From: an uncultured Candidatus Saccharibacteria bacterium
GTDB lineage: Bacteria > Patescibacteriota > Minisyncoccia > Portnoybacterales > UBA2143
Direction: 5' to 3'
Assembly: GCA_964596615.1 (NCBI GenBank)
Contig: CAZQUN010000002.1
Coordinates: forward strand, 11,332 to 75,331
Length of the DNA stretch: 64,000 nucleotides
Position 1 is the stretch's first letter. Each line of letters begins with the position of its first letter. Below the pieces are notes generated by a model that was given only the letters and a program-made list of their open reading frames with translations, ran no database searches and was not told the DNA's origin. Shown here one piece after another: positions 9,802-19,805 of the stretch. Made by a program: the position numbers and the translations under genes.

Positions 9802-10299
9802 ATGGCTCTAAAAGAAAAAATTCAATCAGAGATTAAACAAGCTATGACAGAAAAGAAATCCCTGGAGGTTTCTGTTTTGAAAATGCTTATGGCCGCAATT
9901 CAAAACAAAGAAAAAGAGAAGAGAGCCAAATTAAGCAAGGAAGAAAAAGATGCTGAAAAACTGGAAGAATTAAGCCAATTAAATGACGAAGAAATTTTAG
10001 AAGTAATTTCGAGTGAAGTTAAAAAAAGAAAGGATTCAATTGAACAATATCAGAAAGGCAATCGGGATGATTTAGTCAAACAGGAAAAAGAGGAACTTGG
10101 CATTTTAGCAGAATACATGCCGGAGCAAATGCCGGAAGAAGAAATACGAAAGATTGTTAAAAAAAAGATAGAGGAATTAGGAGCGAGCGGTCCTCAGGAA
10201 ACCGGCAAAGTTATGGGAGCGGTTATGCCTGAACTAAAAGGTAAAGCCGAAGGAGGTATTATTAGTAAAATTGTTCAGGAGGAATTGAAAAAGGCATAA
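9802..10299 (+). CDS. yqeY: GatB/YqeY-domain protein
   Basis: MALKEKIQSEIKQAMTEKKSLEVSVLKMLMAAIQNKEKEK; conserved rpsU-yqeY synteny. Confidence 0.75.
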   Translation: MALKEKIQSEIKQAMTEKKSLEVSVLKMLMAAIQNKEKEKRAKLSKEEKDAEKLEELSQLNDEEILEVISSEVKKRKDSIEQYQKGNRDDLVKQEKEELGILAEYMPEQMPEEEIRKIVKKKIEELGASGPQETGKVMGAVMPELKGKAEGGIISKIVQEELKKA

Positions 10300-10787
10300 T
10301 GTTGGAAATTCATAATTTTACTCAAAATGAGATAGATGAAAAGTTTTTCCAGGAAATATTTGGAGTTGTTCTGAAAAAGGTTGGCTTGGAAGATAAGGCG
10401 GAAATTAGTTTGGCAATTGTCGGCGATGGCCGGATGAGAAAATTGAATAAAATCTATCGAGGGAAAAACAGAATAACCGATGTCTTATCCTTTGAAAACA
10501 AATCGGTTATTCCCTATCTCTCCAAAGCTTTTCCCCGACTAAAAAAAGGAGAAAAAACAGAATTCATTCAACCACCCGATGGAATTAAAAGATTAGGCGA
10601 GATTGTTATCTGCTACCCTCAGGCAAAAAAACAGGCCAAGCGCCTTGGTCATTCTTTGGAAAAAGAACTGACCTTTTTGCTGATTCATGGTATACTTCAT
10701 TTGTTGGGATACGAACACGAAAAAGAAGACAAAGCCAAAGAAATGGAAGAAATGGAAGGGAAAGTTTTGTCCGAACTTAAACTTTAA
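10299..10787 (+). CDS. ybeY: rRNA maturation endoribonuclease YbeY
   Basis: HGILHLLGYEHE zinc-binding H3xH5xH motif. Confidence 0.9.
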   Translation: MLEIHNFTQNEIDEKFFQEIFGVVLKKVGLEDKAEISLAIVGDGRMRKLNKIYRGKNRITDVLSFENKSVIPYLSKAFPRLKKGEKTEFIQPPDGIKRLGEIVICYPQAKKQAKRLGHSLEKELTFLLIHGILHLLGYEHEKEDKAKEMEEMEGKVLSELKL

Positions 10788-10790
10788 AAT

Positions 10791-12035
10791 ATGGCAAAAG
10801 AAAACATCATTGTTGGTCTGGATGTTGGCACCTGTTTTATTCGGACTGTCATAGCTAAAATGAAACCGGATGGGACAAAACCCCAGATTATTGGCATTGG
10901 GCAAACTCCTTCCTATGGTCTCCGTCGGGGAGTTGTTGTTGATATTGAAGAGACGGTTAAAAATATTAGTCAGTCAGTTCAGGAAGCAGAACGGAATAGT
11001 GGTCTTTCAGTTGACCGGGTCATAGTCGGAATCAGCGGCAACCACATTGTTTCCCGGTCAAGTAAGGGAGTCGTGGCTGTTTCTCGGGCTGACACTGAAG
11101 TTTCAAGAGAGGATGTTGAAAGGGTGATTAACGCCGCTTCTGCTGTTTCGGTTTCTCAAAACAGAGAAATTATCCATGTCATTCCAAAGAGTTTCCTTGT
11201 TGACAGCCAGGACAGGATTAAAGACCCGGTTGGCATGAATGGAGTCAGATTAGAAGCTGACACTTTAATTATTGAGGGAGCTGCTCCGTATATTAAAAAT
11301 CTGACTAAATGCGTTTCGGAAGTTGGTTTAGAAATAGAGGAATTGGTTTTGGCGCCTTTGGCTGCCAGTCGGGCAGCTTTGAACAAAAGACAAAAAGAAC
11401 TTGGAGTCCTGGCTTTGGATTTAGGCGGCGGAACAGCCGGTCTGACTGTTTTTGAAGAAGGGGAGTTTGTCCATAGTTGTGTTTTGCCGGTTGGCTCTTC
11501 CCATATTACCAATGATATTGCCATAGGACTTCGAAGCAGCATCGACCTGGCAGAAAAAGTTAAACTGGAATATGGAACGGCCCTGTCTTCTGATATTGGC
11601 AAGAAAGATGTAGTTGATTTATCTAAATTGGGTTCGGAAGAAAAGGGAATTGTTTCCCGGGCTGAAGTAGTCAGAATAATTGAAGCTAGATTAGGCGAGA
11701 TTTTAGAACTAGCTAACAAGGAATTGAAAATGATTGACCGACAGGGACTTTTGCCGGCCGGAACAGTTCTTTTAGGCGGGGGAGCCAAAATGCCGGGCTT
11801 GGTTGACTTGGCCAAAGAAGAATTGAAATTACCAGCCCAGATTGGCTTTCCAATGGAATTAGAAGGTATTGTTGATGAGGTTGAGGATCCATCCTTTGCC
11901 ACCGTTATTGGATTAGTTTTATGGAGCGTAGATAACCAAAAAAGGAGTGGTGGTCGAGGTATTTCTCTACCTGAAATTTCTGTTGGTTCAACGGTCGGTA
12001 AAATCAAAGGGTGGCTAAAGGGATTCCTCCCTTAA
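10791..12035 (+). CDS. ftsA: cell division protein FtsA
   Basis: Actin-fold motifs: IVGLDVGT, ALDLGGGT, LLGGGAKMPGL; 414 aa. Confidence 0.9.
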   Translation: MAKENIIVGLDVGTCFIRTVIAKMKPDGTKPQIIGIGQTPSYGLRRGVVVDIEETVKNISQSVQEAERNSGLSVDRVIVGISGNHIVSRSSKGVVAVSRADTEVSREDVERVINAASAVSVSQNREIIHVIPKSFLVDSQDRIKDPVGMNGVRLEADTLIIEGAAPYIKNLTKCVSEVGLEIEELVLAPLAASRAALNKRQKELGVLALDLGGGTAGLTVFEEGEFVHSCVLPVGSSHITNDIAIGLRSSIDLAEKVKLEYGTALSSDIGKKDVVDLSKLGSEEKGIVSRAEVVRIIEARLGEILELANKELKMIDRQGLLPAGTVLLGGGAKMPGLVDLAKEELKLPAQIGFPMELEGIVDEVEDPSFATVIGLVLWSVDNQKRSGGRGISLPEISVGSTVGKIKGWLKGFLP

Positions 12036-12127
12036 AAAAACTTGCAATATTTTTTCCTTTATGATAATAATTCTGTAAAGGCTTGAGGGGGCTTCAGGGG
12101 GTCCCTATTATTAATTTTAATAACATT

Positions 12128-13270
12128 ATGGCTCAAATAAAACCGGAGGTAGAAACTTTTGCTAAAATAAAGGTCATTGGCGTTGGGGGTAGTGGTTCTA
12201 ATGCCATTTCCCGAATGATAGCCTGTAAAATTCATGGAGTTGATTTTGTCGCTATTAACACCGATGCTCAGGACCTTCATCATACTAAAGCCCCTGAAAG
12301 AGTCCATGTCGGAAAGAACCTAACCAAAGGTCTGGGAGCAGGAATGAATCCTGAAATCGGTCGCCAGGCAGCCGAAGAAAACCGGGATGAAATCCACGAA
12401 GTCGTTAAGGGTTCTGATATGGTTTTTGTTACTTGTGGTTTTGGTGGTGGTACCGGAACCGGCGCCGCGCCGATTATTGCCGAAGCAGCCAAAGATTCAG
12501 GCGCTCTGACAGTCGGAGTAGTAACCAAACCATTTTCTTTTGAAGGCCTTCAAAGAGCCAGAATCGCTGAACAAGGCCTTAGCCAGTTAAAGGAAAGAGT
12601 TGATACTCTGATTACAATTCCTAACGACAAACTCCTTTCCGTTATTGATAACAAGACTTCCCTTTTAAATGCTTTTTCCGTTGTTGATGATGTTCTGCGT
12701 CAGGCAGTTCAAGGTATTTCAGATTTAGTTATCACCCCGGGAATTGTTAATGTTGACTTTGCTGATGTTAAGGCGATTATGGAAGATGCTGGCTCAGCCT
12801 TAATGGGCATTGGTCGGGCAACCGGCGATGACCGGGCAATTGAAGCCGCCAAAGCAGCCATTAACTCACCTCTTTTAGAGATTTCAATTGATGGAGCCAA
12901 GGGTGTCCTATTCAATGTCAGTGGTGGTCCTGATCTGGCTATGGCTGAAATTAATGAAGCCGCCAAGATTATTACCGAATCAATTGACCCGGAAGCTAAA
13001 GTCATTTTCGGCGCTGTTATGGATGATAAGATAAAAAAGGGTGAGATAAAGATTACCGTCATTGCCACCGGCTTTGATGAAGACCTGCTCAAGAGAATTG
13101 GTGAACCCAAGGTTCAGGATATCTCACCGATCAGTCACAGTCATCAGCCGAGCCATCAACCGGAAGAAAAAGAAAAAAGGCCCCCGGTTAAACCAAGGCC
13201 AATGCCAGCAATAGAGGAACAAGAAAGTGAATGGGATGTCCCGGCCTTTATCCGAAGGAAGTTAAAATAG
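12128..13270 (+). CDS. ftsZ: cell division GTPase FtsZ
   Basis: GVGGSGSNAISRM and the tubulin signature GGGTGTGAAP; start taken at MAQIKPE. Confidence 0.95.
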   Translation: MAQIKPEVETFAKIKVIGVGGSGSNAISRMIACKIHGVDFVAINTDAQDLHHTKAPERVHVGKNLTKGLGAGMNPEIGRQAAEENRDEIHEVVKGSDMVFVTCGFGGGTGTGAAPIIAEAAKDSGALTVGVVTKPFSFEGLQRARIAEQGLSQLKERVDTLITIPNDKLLSVIDNKTSLLNAFSVVDDVLRQAVQGISDLVITPGIVNVDFADVKAIMEDAGSALMGIGRATGDDRAIEAAKAAINSPLLEISIDGAKGVLFNVSGGPDLAMAEINEAAKIITESIDPEAKVIFGAVMDDKIKKGEIKITVIATGFDEDLLKRIGEPKVQDISPISHSHQPSHQPEEKEKRPPVKPRPMPAIEEQESEWDVPAFIRRKLK

Positions 13271-13288
13271 TTTTTATGTTAGAGAAGG

Positions 13289-13317
13289 CAACCAATCAAT
13301 TTCAGTTGGTTGTTTTT
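13289..13317 (+). terminator. intrinsic terminator after ftsZ
   Basis: CAACCAA...TTGGTTG stem followed by TTTTT. Confidence 0.5.
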
Positions 13318-13359
13318 CATTAATTTGACCCGGCTTTTTAGTTGGAGTAAAATATTGGC

Positions 13360-15549
13360 ATGACTTTAGTTAAATCAAAATTTGAGAAAATTAGGAAGAG
13401 AGACGGTCGGATTGTTGATTTTAATCAAGATAAGGTTACCCAGGCGATTTTTAAGGTCCTTAAGGCCCAAAGCAAAGAAGACAAAAATTTATCTCAAAAC
13501 ATTTCTGATAGAGTAGTTGAAACTCTTAATCGGCGCTTTAAGGAAAAAATTCCCAGCGTTGAACAAATTCAGGATATTGTTGTTGAAGTTTTAGCTAAAG
13601 AAGGACAAAAGGAAATTGCTGATGCCTATTCTCTCTACCGGCAAAAAAGAAAAGAGATTCGGGATAATAAGTGGTGGCTTTTAAGTCAGAATGTCAAAAC
13701 TAAATTAACTCCTAATGCCTTACAGGTTCTAGAGTCAAGGTATCTAAAAAAAGACGAACAGGGAAAAATTATTGAAATGCCTCAACAGCTTTTTCAGAGA
13801 GTCGCGACTAATATTGCTGCGGCAGAAGCTAATCTTAAGCCATCAATTTCAGACGATGAGCTTTTTAATATTGGGGAAAGATTTTACCGGATGATGGCTT
13901 CTATGGAATTCCTTCCCAATTCTCCGACTCTAATGAATGCCGGTGCTACCCTGCAACAATTGTCGGCGTGTTTTGTCCTCCCAGTTGGGGATTCAATGGA
14001 AGAAATTTTTGAAGCGGTAAAAAACACCGCTATGATTCATAAAAGCGGCGGCGGAACTGGTTTTAGTTTTTCCCGCTTAAGATCAAAAGGGACCATTGTC
14101 AGAGCGACGCAAGGACAGGCTTCTGGGCCGCTTTCGTTTATGACAGTCTTTAACGCTGCGACAGAGGTAATTAAACAAGGAGGTAAGAGAAGGGGCGCTA
14201 ACATGGGTATTTTACGGGTTGACCATCCTGATATTATTGAATTTATTACCTCTAAAGTAGAAGAGGGAAATTTGAATAATTTCAATATCTCGGTCGCTAT
14301 TACTGACAAATTCATGGAGGCGGTCAGAAAGAAAAAGAAATATGATTTAATTAATCCGAAAGATGGGGAAATAGTTGAGAAAATAGATGCCAATGAAGTT
14401 TTTGATTTAATTGTTAATTACGCCTGGGAGAATGGCGAACCAGGAGTGATTTTTATTGACCGAATCAACCGGGATAATCCAACGCCAAAACTAGGAGAGA
14501 TCGAATCGACTAACCCATGTGGAGAGCAACCCTTGCTTCCATTTGAAAGCTGTAACCTTGGCAGTATTAATTTATCCAAGATAGTTAAGAAAAATGGCAA
14601 GAGATGGTCAACCGATTGGGATAAATTAAAAGAAACAGTTCATAACGCTGTTCATTTCCTGGATAATGTTGTTGAGGTTAATCGTTATCCCTTATTAAAA
14701 ATTGAGGAATTAACTAAAGGTAACAGAAAGATTGGTCTGGGAGTAATGGGTTGGGCAGACATGCTTATTAGATTAGGAGTCCCCTATAACTCAAGAAGAG
14801 CGCTTAATTTAGCTTCAAGAGTGATGAAATTCATTCAGGATGAATCTAAAAAAGCTTCAATTAAATTAGCAGAAGAAAAAGGAGTTTTTCCGAATTTCAA
14901 AGACAGCATTTATACCGAAAAGAATACCCTCCGGTTAAGGAATGCGACGACAACAACAATTGCGCCAACCGGAACAATCGGAATTATTGCCGGTTGTTCT
15001 TCTTCAATTGAGCCGCTTTTCGCCATATCTTTTGTCAGAAAGTATGTTTTAGGCGGACAAGAATTAATTGAGGTTAATCCAATTTTTGAAGAAATTGCCA
15101 AAGAAAGAGGATTTTGGTCAAAAGAATTAATTGAGGAAATATCAACCAAAGGAAGTGTTCAGGATATTAAGGGAGTCCCAGCTGATATTAAGAGGGTCTT
15201 TATTACTGCCCTTGATATTTCTCCTGAAGACCATATTAAAACCCAATCTGCTTTTCAAAAGCATGTTGACAATGCTGTCAGCAAAACCATTAATTTCCCC
15301 TTTTCTGCTTCCAAAGATGATATTAAAAAAGCATATCTTATGGCTTACAAGCTAGGTTGTAAAGGAGTAACCCTTTACCGAAATGAAAGCAGAAAACAAC
15401 AGGTTTTAAATATTAAGGGCAAAGAACAGGAATTGGATGATGATAAGAAGAAGAGAATTCAGGAAAAAGAACTTTCTCCTGAACTGCGCGATCCTTCGCC
15501 AGATATTCCTGACCTGCCACCAGGAAGCTGTCCAACATGTAATATTTAG
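13360..15549 (+). CDS. nrdJ: ribonucleotide reductase, class II (adenosylcobalamin-dependent) with N-terminal ATP-cone
   Basis: ATP-cone ([17 protein letters not shown]) then [23 protein letters not shown] active-site region typical of class II RNR; 729 aa. Confidence 0.8.
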   Translation: MTLVKSKFEKIRKRDGRIVDFNQDKVTQAIFKVLKAQSKEDKNLSQNISDRVVETLNRRFKEKIPSVEQIQDIVVEVLAKEGQKEIADAYSLYRQKRKEIRDNKWWLLSQNVKTKLTPNALQVLESRYLKKDEQGKIIEMPQQLFQRVATNIAAAEANLKPSISDDELFNIGERFYRMMASMEFLPNSPTLMNAGATLQQLSACFVLPVGDSMEEIFEAVKNTAMIHKSGGGTGFSFSRLRSKGTIVRATQGQASGPLSFMTVFNAATEVIKQGGKRRGANMGILRVDHPDIIEFITSKVEEGNLNNFNISVAITDKFMEAVRKKKKYDLINPKDGEIVEKIDANEVFDLIVNYAWENGEPGVIFIDRINRDNPTPKLGEIESTNPCGEQPLLPFESCNLGSINLSKIVKKNGKRWSTDWDKLKETVHNAVHFLDNVVEVNRYPLLKIEELTKGNRKIGLGVMGWADMLIRLGVPYNSRRALNLASRVMKFIQDESKKASIKLAEEKGVFPNFKDSIYTEKNTLRLRNATTTTIAPTGTIGIIAGCSSSIEPLFAISFVRKYVLGGQELIEVNPIFEEIAKERGFWSKELIEEISTKGSVQDIKGVPADIKRVFITALDISPEDHIKTQSAFQKHVDNAVSKTINFPFSASKDDIKKAYLMAYKLGCKGVTLYRNESRKQQVLNIKGKEQELDDDKKKRIQEKELSPELRDPSPDIPDLPPGSCPTCNI

Positions 15550-15553
15550 AAAC

Positions 15554-16054
15554 ATGATTCATATTTACACCGGCAATGGAAAAGGAAAAACAGCTGCTGC
15601 TTTAGGATTAGGATTAAGAGCAGTCGGAGCCGGTAAAAGGGTTTTATTAATCCAATTTCTAAAGGACGGCCAAAGTTCAGAGATAAAGGCGATTAAGAGA
15701 ATATCAAACTTTGATATCAGAGTTTTTGGAAGAAAAGGATTTATTAATAGAAACAAATTAAAAAAGATTGACTATGACCTTGCTGAGCAAGGTTTTAATT
15801 TTTTCCAAAAAGCAATTAAAGATGAGAAATATGATTTGATTGTTTTAGATGAAATCAATATTGTTCTCTGCTTTAAATTATTGAAAATAGAAGATTTAAT
15901 CGAATGTATTAAAGGAGAAAAAAAGACAGAAATTATTCTAACCGGTCGTCGAGCGCCAAAAGAAATTATTAAAATCGCCGACCTGGTTACGGAGATGAAA
16001 GAAATCAAACACTATTTCAAAAAGATTAAAGCCAGAAAAGGAATTGAGTGTTGA
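15554..16054 (+). CDS. cob(I)yrinic acid a,c-diamide / cob(I)alamin adenosyltransferase (CobA/BtuR family)
   Basis: MIHIYTGNGKGKTAAALGLGLRAVGAGKRVLLIQFLKDG P-loop signature of the CobA family; immediately downstream of the B12-dependent RNR. Confidence 0.8.
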   Translation: MIHIYTGNGKGKTAAALGLGLRAVGAGKRVLLIQFLKDGQSSEIKAIKRISNFDIRVFGRKGFINRNKLKKIDYDLAEQGFNFFQKAIKDEKYDLIVLDEINIVLCFKLLKIEDLIECIKGEKKTEIILTGRRAPKEIIKIADLVTEMKEIKHYFKKIKARKGIEC

Positions 16055-16136
16055 TTTTGGGTTATTATCCTGCTATGCTATCGGGTTATCTATTTGTTCA
16101 TTAAAAATCAGCGTGAAAGCGCGGAAAGGGGAAAAA

Positions 16137-17216
16137 ATGGAAAATTTGGGAGAAGATATAGAACCTGCAGATTTTACCGAAAAGCAAATTGATGTTATGA
16201 TTAGCCAGGCTTGGAATGGGGAAGATATTGCTCAAATAGACGAAGACATAGAAGCGGCTAGACCAAGTACAGAACAGGCGGGCACAGAGCGAGCGGGAAG
16301 AGAAATAGTGAGAAAACTTGGCTATATTCCTGTTTCTCTAATTACCAATAACATAAAACAGCCTCGCTTTATACTCTTTGAGAGTCAAGAGGAATTTGAT
16401 GAGATGGCTAGGTCTATCCAAACGCACGGTAATGTTAAAAGGCCGATTATAGTTATCCCTTTTAATAAGGGATTTATGTTAAAAGACGGTCAGCGGCGCT
16501 TAGAGGCCGCTCGTTCAGCAGGTATTAAAAAGATATTTTCCATAATCGAGTATGTAATTGATCAAAACGGCCGTCCGCTTCCAGTATCACCCGTTGAACT
16601 CCTTGAAGACGCTGTTATCACGAATCTTCATCAGCGGAAAATGAACTCAATTGAAGAAGCAATGGCTTATATTGACTGGATGGAATTAACAGGCAAAAAT
16701 CAGTCAGAACTGGCTGCTCGGATGGGGAAGAAAAATAGTGATATCTCAAACCTTCTTAAGCTTTTGAAACTTGATGCTGATATTCAAATGGGCCTGATAA
16801 GCGGTCAGATACCGAAAGTTTTAGGCCAACATTTAGCTTCTTGGCCTAAAGAAAAACAGAAGGAATTAGCAAGAGTTTACGATGAGATACTGGTTGGCCT
16901 GAATGGTAAAATTCCTTCAACGAATATTTCTCAATGGACGGCTAAAACATTGAGAAAGGTAGCTGAACAAAAAGGCATTAAGCCACTTAAACCCAAAAAA
17001 GGCCCAAGCTTGAAATCATTTAGCGAAATGGTTGTTGTTTCAAAAACGAGAGCAATTGGAAGATTTCGTTCTAACCTGGATGAGTTGGAGGAGATAGACA
17101 GAAAGGATTTACTAGCAAGAAAAGAGAAATTCTCTAGGCTTATATCCGATCTCAGACTTTTATCTGAAGAGATAGAGGATGCTTGTGTTAGACTGGAAGG
17201 AAGGTTGGGTATATGA
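16137..17216 (+). CDS. ParB/Srx-fold nuclease-domain protein (ParB-like, no ParA partner nearby)
   Basis: ParB box II-like KDGQRRLEAARSAGIKK; HTH-like segment; acidic N-terminus; RBS AAAGGGG before the ATG at 16137. Confidence 0.55.
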   Translation: MENLGEDIEPADFTEKQIDVMISQAWNGEDIAQIDEDIEAARPSTEQAGTERAGREIVRKLGYIPVSLITNNIKQPRFILFESQEEFDEMARSIQTHGNVKRPIIVIPFNKGFMLKDGQRRLEAARSAGIKKIFSIIEYVIDQNGRPLPVSPVELLEDAVITNLHQRKMNSIEEAMAYIDWMELTGKNQSELAARMGKKNSDISNLLKLLKLDADIQMGLISGQIPKVLGQHLASWPKEKQKELARVYDEILVGLNGKIPSTNISQWTAKTLRKVAEQKGIKPLKPKKGPSLKSFSEMVVVSKTRAIGRFRSNLDELEEIDRKDLLARKEKFSRLISDLRLLSEEIEDACVRLEGRLGI

Positions 17217-17245
17217 ATAACAGGGCTCAAACAGTAACAGTGAAA

Positions 17246-17300
17246 GAACCGCTTACCAAAAAGAGAACAAAACTAAGAAGCGGTTCTTTTAATTTTTTGT
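17246..17300 (+). terminator. intrinsic terminator
   Basis: GAACCGCTT...AAGCGGTTC stem with a T-rich tail. Confidence 0.5.
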
Positions 17301-17315
17301 GATATGATATAAACA

Positions 17316-17909
17316 ATGACCAAATCTAAAATTCTTCTCTATCTCTGCCTTTTGTATATCTTCGGTGTCTTTGCTTATTCCCTGGTTGAGAGTCCTCAAC
17401 CTTTTTTATTTAACCAAACAGACAAAGAAACCGTTTTAAAGGGAATCATTGTTGGTGAACCAGAAAAAAGAATTAACCAACAGAAGTTTGAATTTAAGGC
17501 AGAAAACATTGAGGGGAAAGTCTTGATTACCACAGAACTATACCCAAGTTATTTTTATGGAGACGAATTAGAAGTTTTTGGTAAATTACAGGAACCAGCA
17601 GTTTTTGAAGATTTTGATTATCGTCAGTATTTAAGAAAAGATAAAATTTATTCAGTTATTTATTATCCTCAAATTAATCGGCTGGCAGGAAACCAGGGTA
17701 ATTGGTTTTATCAAAGGATTTTTAACTTCAAAGACAAATTGAGAAATATTATTGAACAAACTTTACTTCCTCCTCAATCGTCTATTTTAAAAGCAGTTTT
17801 TCTGGGAGACAGATTTAGCCTTTCAGATGAATTAAAAGAAAAATTAAATATTACTGGTACTCGGCATATTGTTGCTATTTCCGGGATGCATATACCTATA
17901 ACTCCATAG
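17316..17909 (+). pseudogene. comEC: ComEC N-terminal fragment (DUF4131 region through the start of the competence domain), interrupted by an inserted element
   Basis: Ends ...GTRHIVAISGMHI, which is the conserved HLLAISGLH entry into the ComEC competence domain. The continuation is found at 31248 after the 13.4-kb insertion. Confidence 0.8.
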
Positions 17910-17916
17910 CTACAAT

Positions 17917-18960
17917 TTAAGAAAGAATATTGTATTCATCCTCTTTAGCGTCTTCTAGGATTTTTAAAAATTCGTCAAATTCCTTCTTCTTTTTGTTTAT
18001 TATATCCTCTAACAATTCTACTTTTAAATCTCTTAAACCTTTGGGCATATTTGGATCTAGATCAAAACCAATTAAGAAAATATCAATAATCTTAATTTTG
18101 GGATTGTGTCTTTCTATAATCCCTTTATATCCTAAAACTTGGCCAATATGTTCTGCTTTTATTTTTATGATAGGCCTTTTTAATTCAGCTAAAACAATAT
18201 GGTTTTCGTCTTGCAAGTACATCTTAACTATTAAATCTGGTTTTTTCCCGAGTTCGGGGTCTTTCTTTATGTTTTGAGCAAGATAATCACTTAATGGTTT
18301 ATTGCTTTTTACTAAATCATAGTTATTATCTAGTAACCATAGGTTATTTTCTAACAGTTTATGAATCTCTCTTTCTTTCGTATCTTTTTGTTTCATTAAA
18401 CTTTCTAATAATTTAATTATTGATATTTTCTTTTGAATAAGTTCCGCTATAGAATTAATTTGATGAATTTTTAATTCATTTAAAAGCGAAACGAAGCCAG
18501 TCAATTCATCTCCACCTGCCTCAGATAATTTTTTTAACAAAAAATCAAGATTTTCTGCCTTGATTTCATAAATTCTTAGTCCTAGTTTGTCCAACGCCTC
18601 AAAACTTGCCTCGGTTAAATTGCTTATATTTTTATTTGATAGTATTTTTTGCAGAAAATCGGGATCACTTTTTAAGGTTGCATCTATATTTTTTAAAATT
18701 TCTACTTCAGAGGATGTCATCTTTTTAATAGGCCATTGATGTTCTTTTGTGGTTTCTGACTCAATAACGCTTTTTAACATACTCCAATCTTTAAGATGAA
18801 GATTAAAAAATTGTTGTTTTCCTCCGGGTTTTCCTTGCAATGTTCTGTTCATAATTATGTAATTTCTATCTGCGTGTTCCATATCGCTAACCACGGAAAA
18901 TGACGTAAATCCGCTAGACCATTTCTTTGTTATTTTTTTAATTACTTTAAACTTACTCAT
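17917..18960 (-). CDS. PD-(D/E)xK nuclease, Shedu (SduA)/DUF4263-like
   Basis: C-terminal NLWLLDNNYDLV...KKPDLIVKM...VLAELKRP...IGQVLGY gives RecB-like motifs D, ExK and QxxxY. Confidence 0.4.
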   Translation of the reverse strand: MSKFKVIKKITKKWSSGFTSFSVVSDMEHADRNYIIMNRTLQGKPGGKQQFFNLHLKDWSMLKSVIESETTKEHQWPIKKMTSSEVEILKNIDATLKSDPDFLQKILSNKNISNLTEASFEALDKLGLRIYEIKAENLDFLLKKLSEAGGDELTGFVSLLNELKIHQINSIAELIQKKISIIKLLESLMKQKDTKEREIHKLLENNLWLLDNNYDLVKSNKPLSDYLAQNIKKDPELGKKPDLIVKMYLQDENHIVLAELKRPIIKIKAEHIGQVLGYKGIIERHNPKIKIIDIFLIGFDLDPNMPKGLRDLKVELLEDIINKKKKEFDEFLKILEDAKEDEYNILS

Positions 18961-19159
18961 AAAAAATTTGGTTTATTTCAGATGGCTCGTTTATATGCGA
19001 ATTTCAACAATTGACTTTTCTATATCTCTATCCTACCACAACAATATCTATTTTTAATATTTAACTCACATCCTTAATACACCGGCCTGTAGGGCTATAG
19101 CTACAGCTTTAGAGAAATGATTGCATTTTTATCTTAGTATCCAATACTGAAATGGTTTA

Positions 19160-19597
19160 TTAATCATTTTTTATTTTTGTTTTTGAGTTTATTCCGACTC
19201 CTGGCCCATATTTACCCATTGGTACATCATGTAGTTCATTTGGGAATTTATCAATGAGTTTTTTTATTATTTTCTTTGAATAGTCGTCTTTTGCATCCCA
19301 TTCTGTGGTAAGGTGATGGTAGCTACGATGAGGACCATGTCTCTCTAAATAATTAACAAGCCTTGTCTTTCTTCGCCAAGCTTTTATCTCTCGCCATAAA
19401 AAATAAATTAATAGAAGCCAAAGAAAAAGAAATATGATTACAACATACGATTTCCAGGATTGTGGAAATAAAATAATCCATTTATTGATTGTTGATGGGA
19501 GGATAAAAATTAGAAGTATAACTACTATATGTATTGGTTTATTCTCAACTATTTCTAGAATTTCTTTTATATTTTTAATGTTATTATTTTCATTCAT
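19160..19597 (-). CDS. hypothetical membrane protein (3 TM) with a basic cytoplasmic tail
   Basis: ORF and hydropathy only. Confidence 0.35.
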   Translation of the reverse strand: MNENNNIKNIKEILEIVENKPIHIVVILLIFILPSTINKWIILFPQSWKSYVVIIFLFLWLLLIYFLWREIKAWRRKTRLVNYLERHGPHRSYHHLTTEWDAKDDYSKKIIKKLIDKFPNELHDVPMGKYGPGVGINSKTKIKND

Positions 19598-19770
19598 GAT
19601 TGTATATTTAAATTAGTCACAATAATCGATTTTTTTACATCTCTAAGCTTTATATTACCATGGTGATAGATATTTTCAATATTCTTAATCTACATACCTA
19701 TGACTCTATAGCTACATAACCTGCAGAAAACAATAAAATAGGACAATTAAAATTGATCAGACTTATCAAC

Positions 19771-19799
19771 TTGCTGTGTAAAGAATTGTAAAGTATAAT
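19771..19799 (+). promoter_or_regulatory. sigma70-like promoter upstream of the methyltransferase gene
   Basis: TTGCTG, 17-nt spacer, TATAAT, 7 nt before the ATG region. Confidence 0.45.
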
Positions 19800-19805
19800 G
19801 GAGAC

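Noticed and set aside
11156-12007. 283-aa ORF antisense to ftsA (also 10593..10904, 12709..13110, 14037..14393, 55321..55869, 56192..56611)
   Set aside because: These are long antisense ORFs inside well-supported conserved genes. They are typical shadow ORFs with no RBS or motif support.
13271-13359. Cobalamin riboswitch upstream of nrdJ
   Set aside because: The interval is about 90 nt and mostly a terminator hairpin. That is far too short for a B12 riboswitch, and no B12-box-like sequence is seen.
15437-15553. N-terminal 39 residues of the 205-aa ORF for the adenosyltransferase
   Set aside because: They overlap the 3' end of nrdJ in another frame. The family-conserved N-terminus MIHIYTGNGKGKT starts at the internal ATG 15554.
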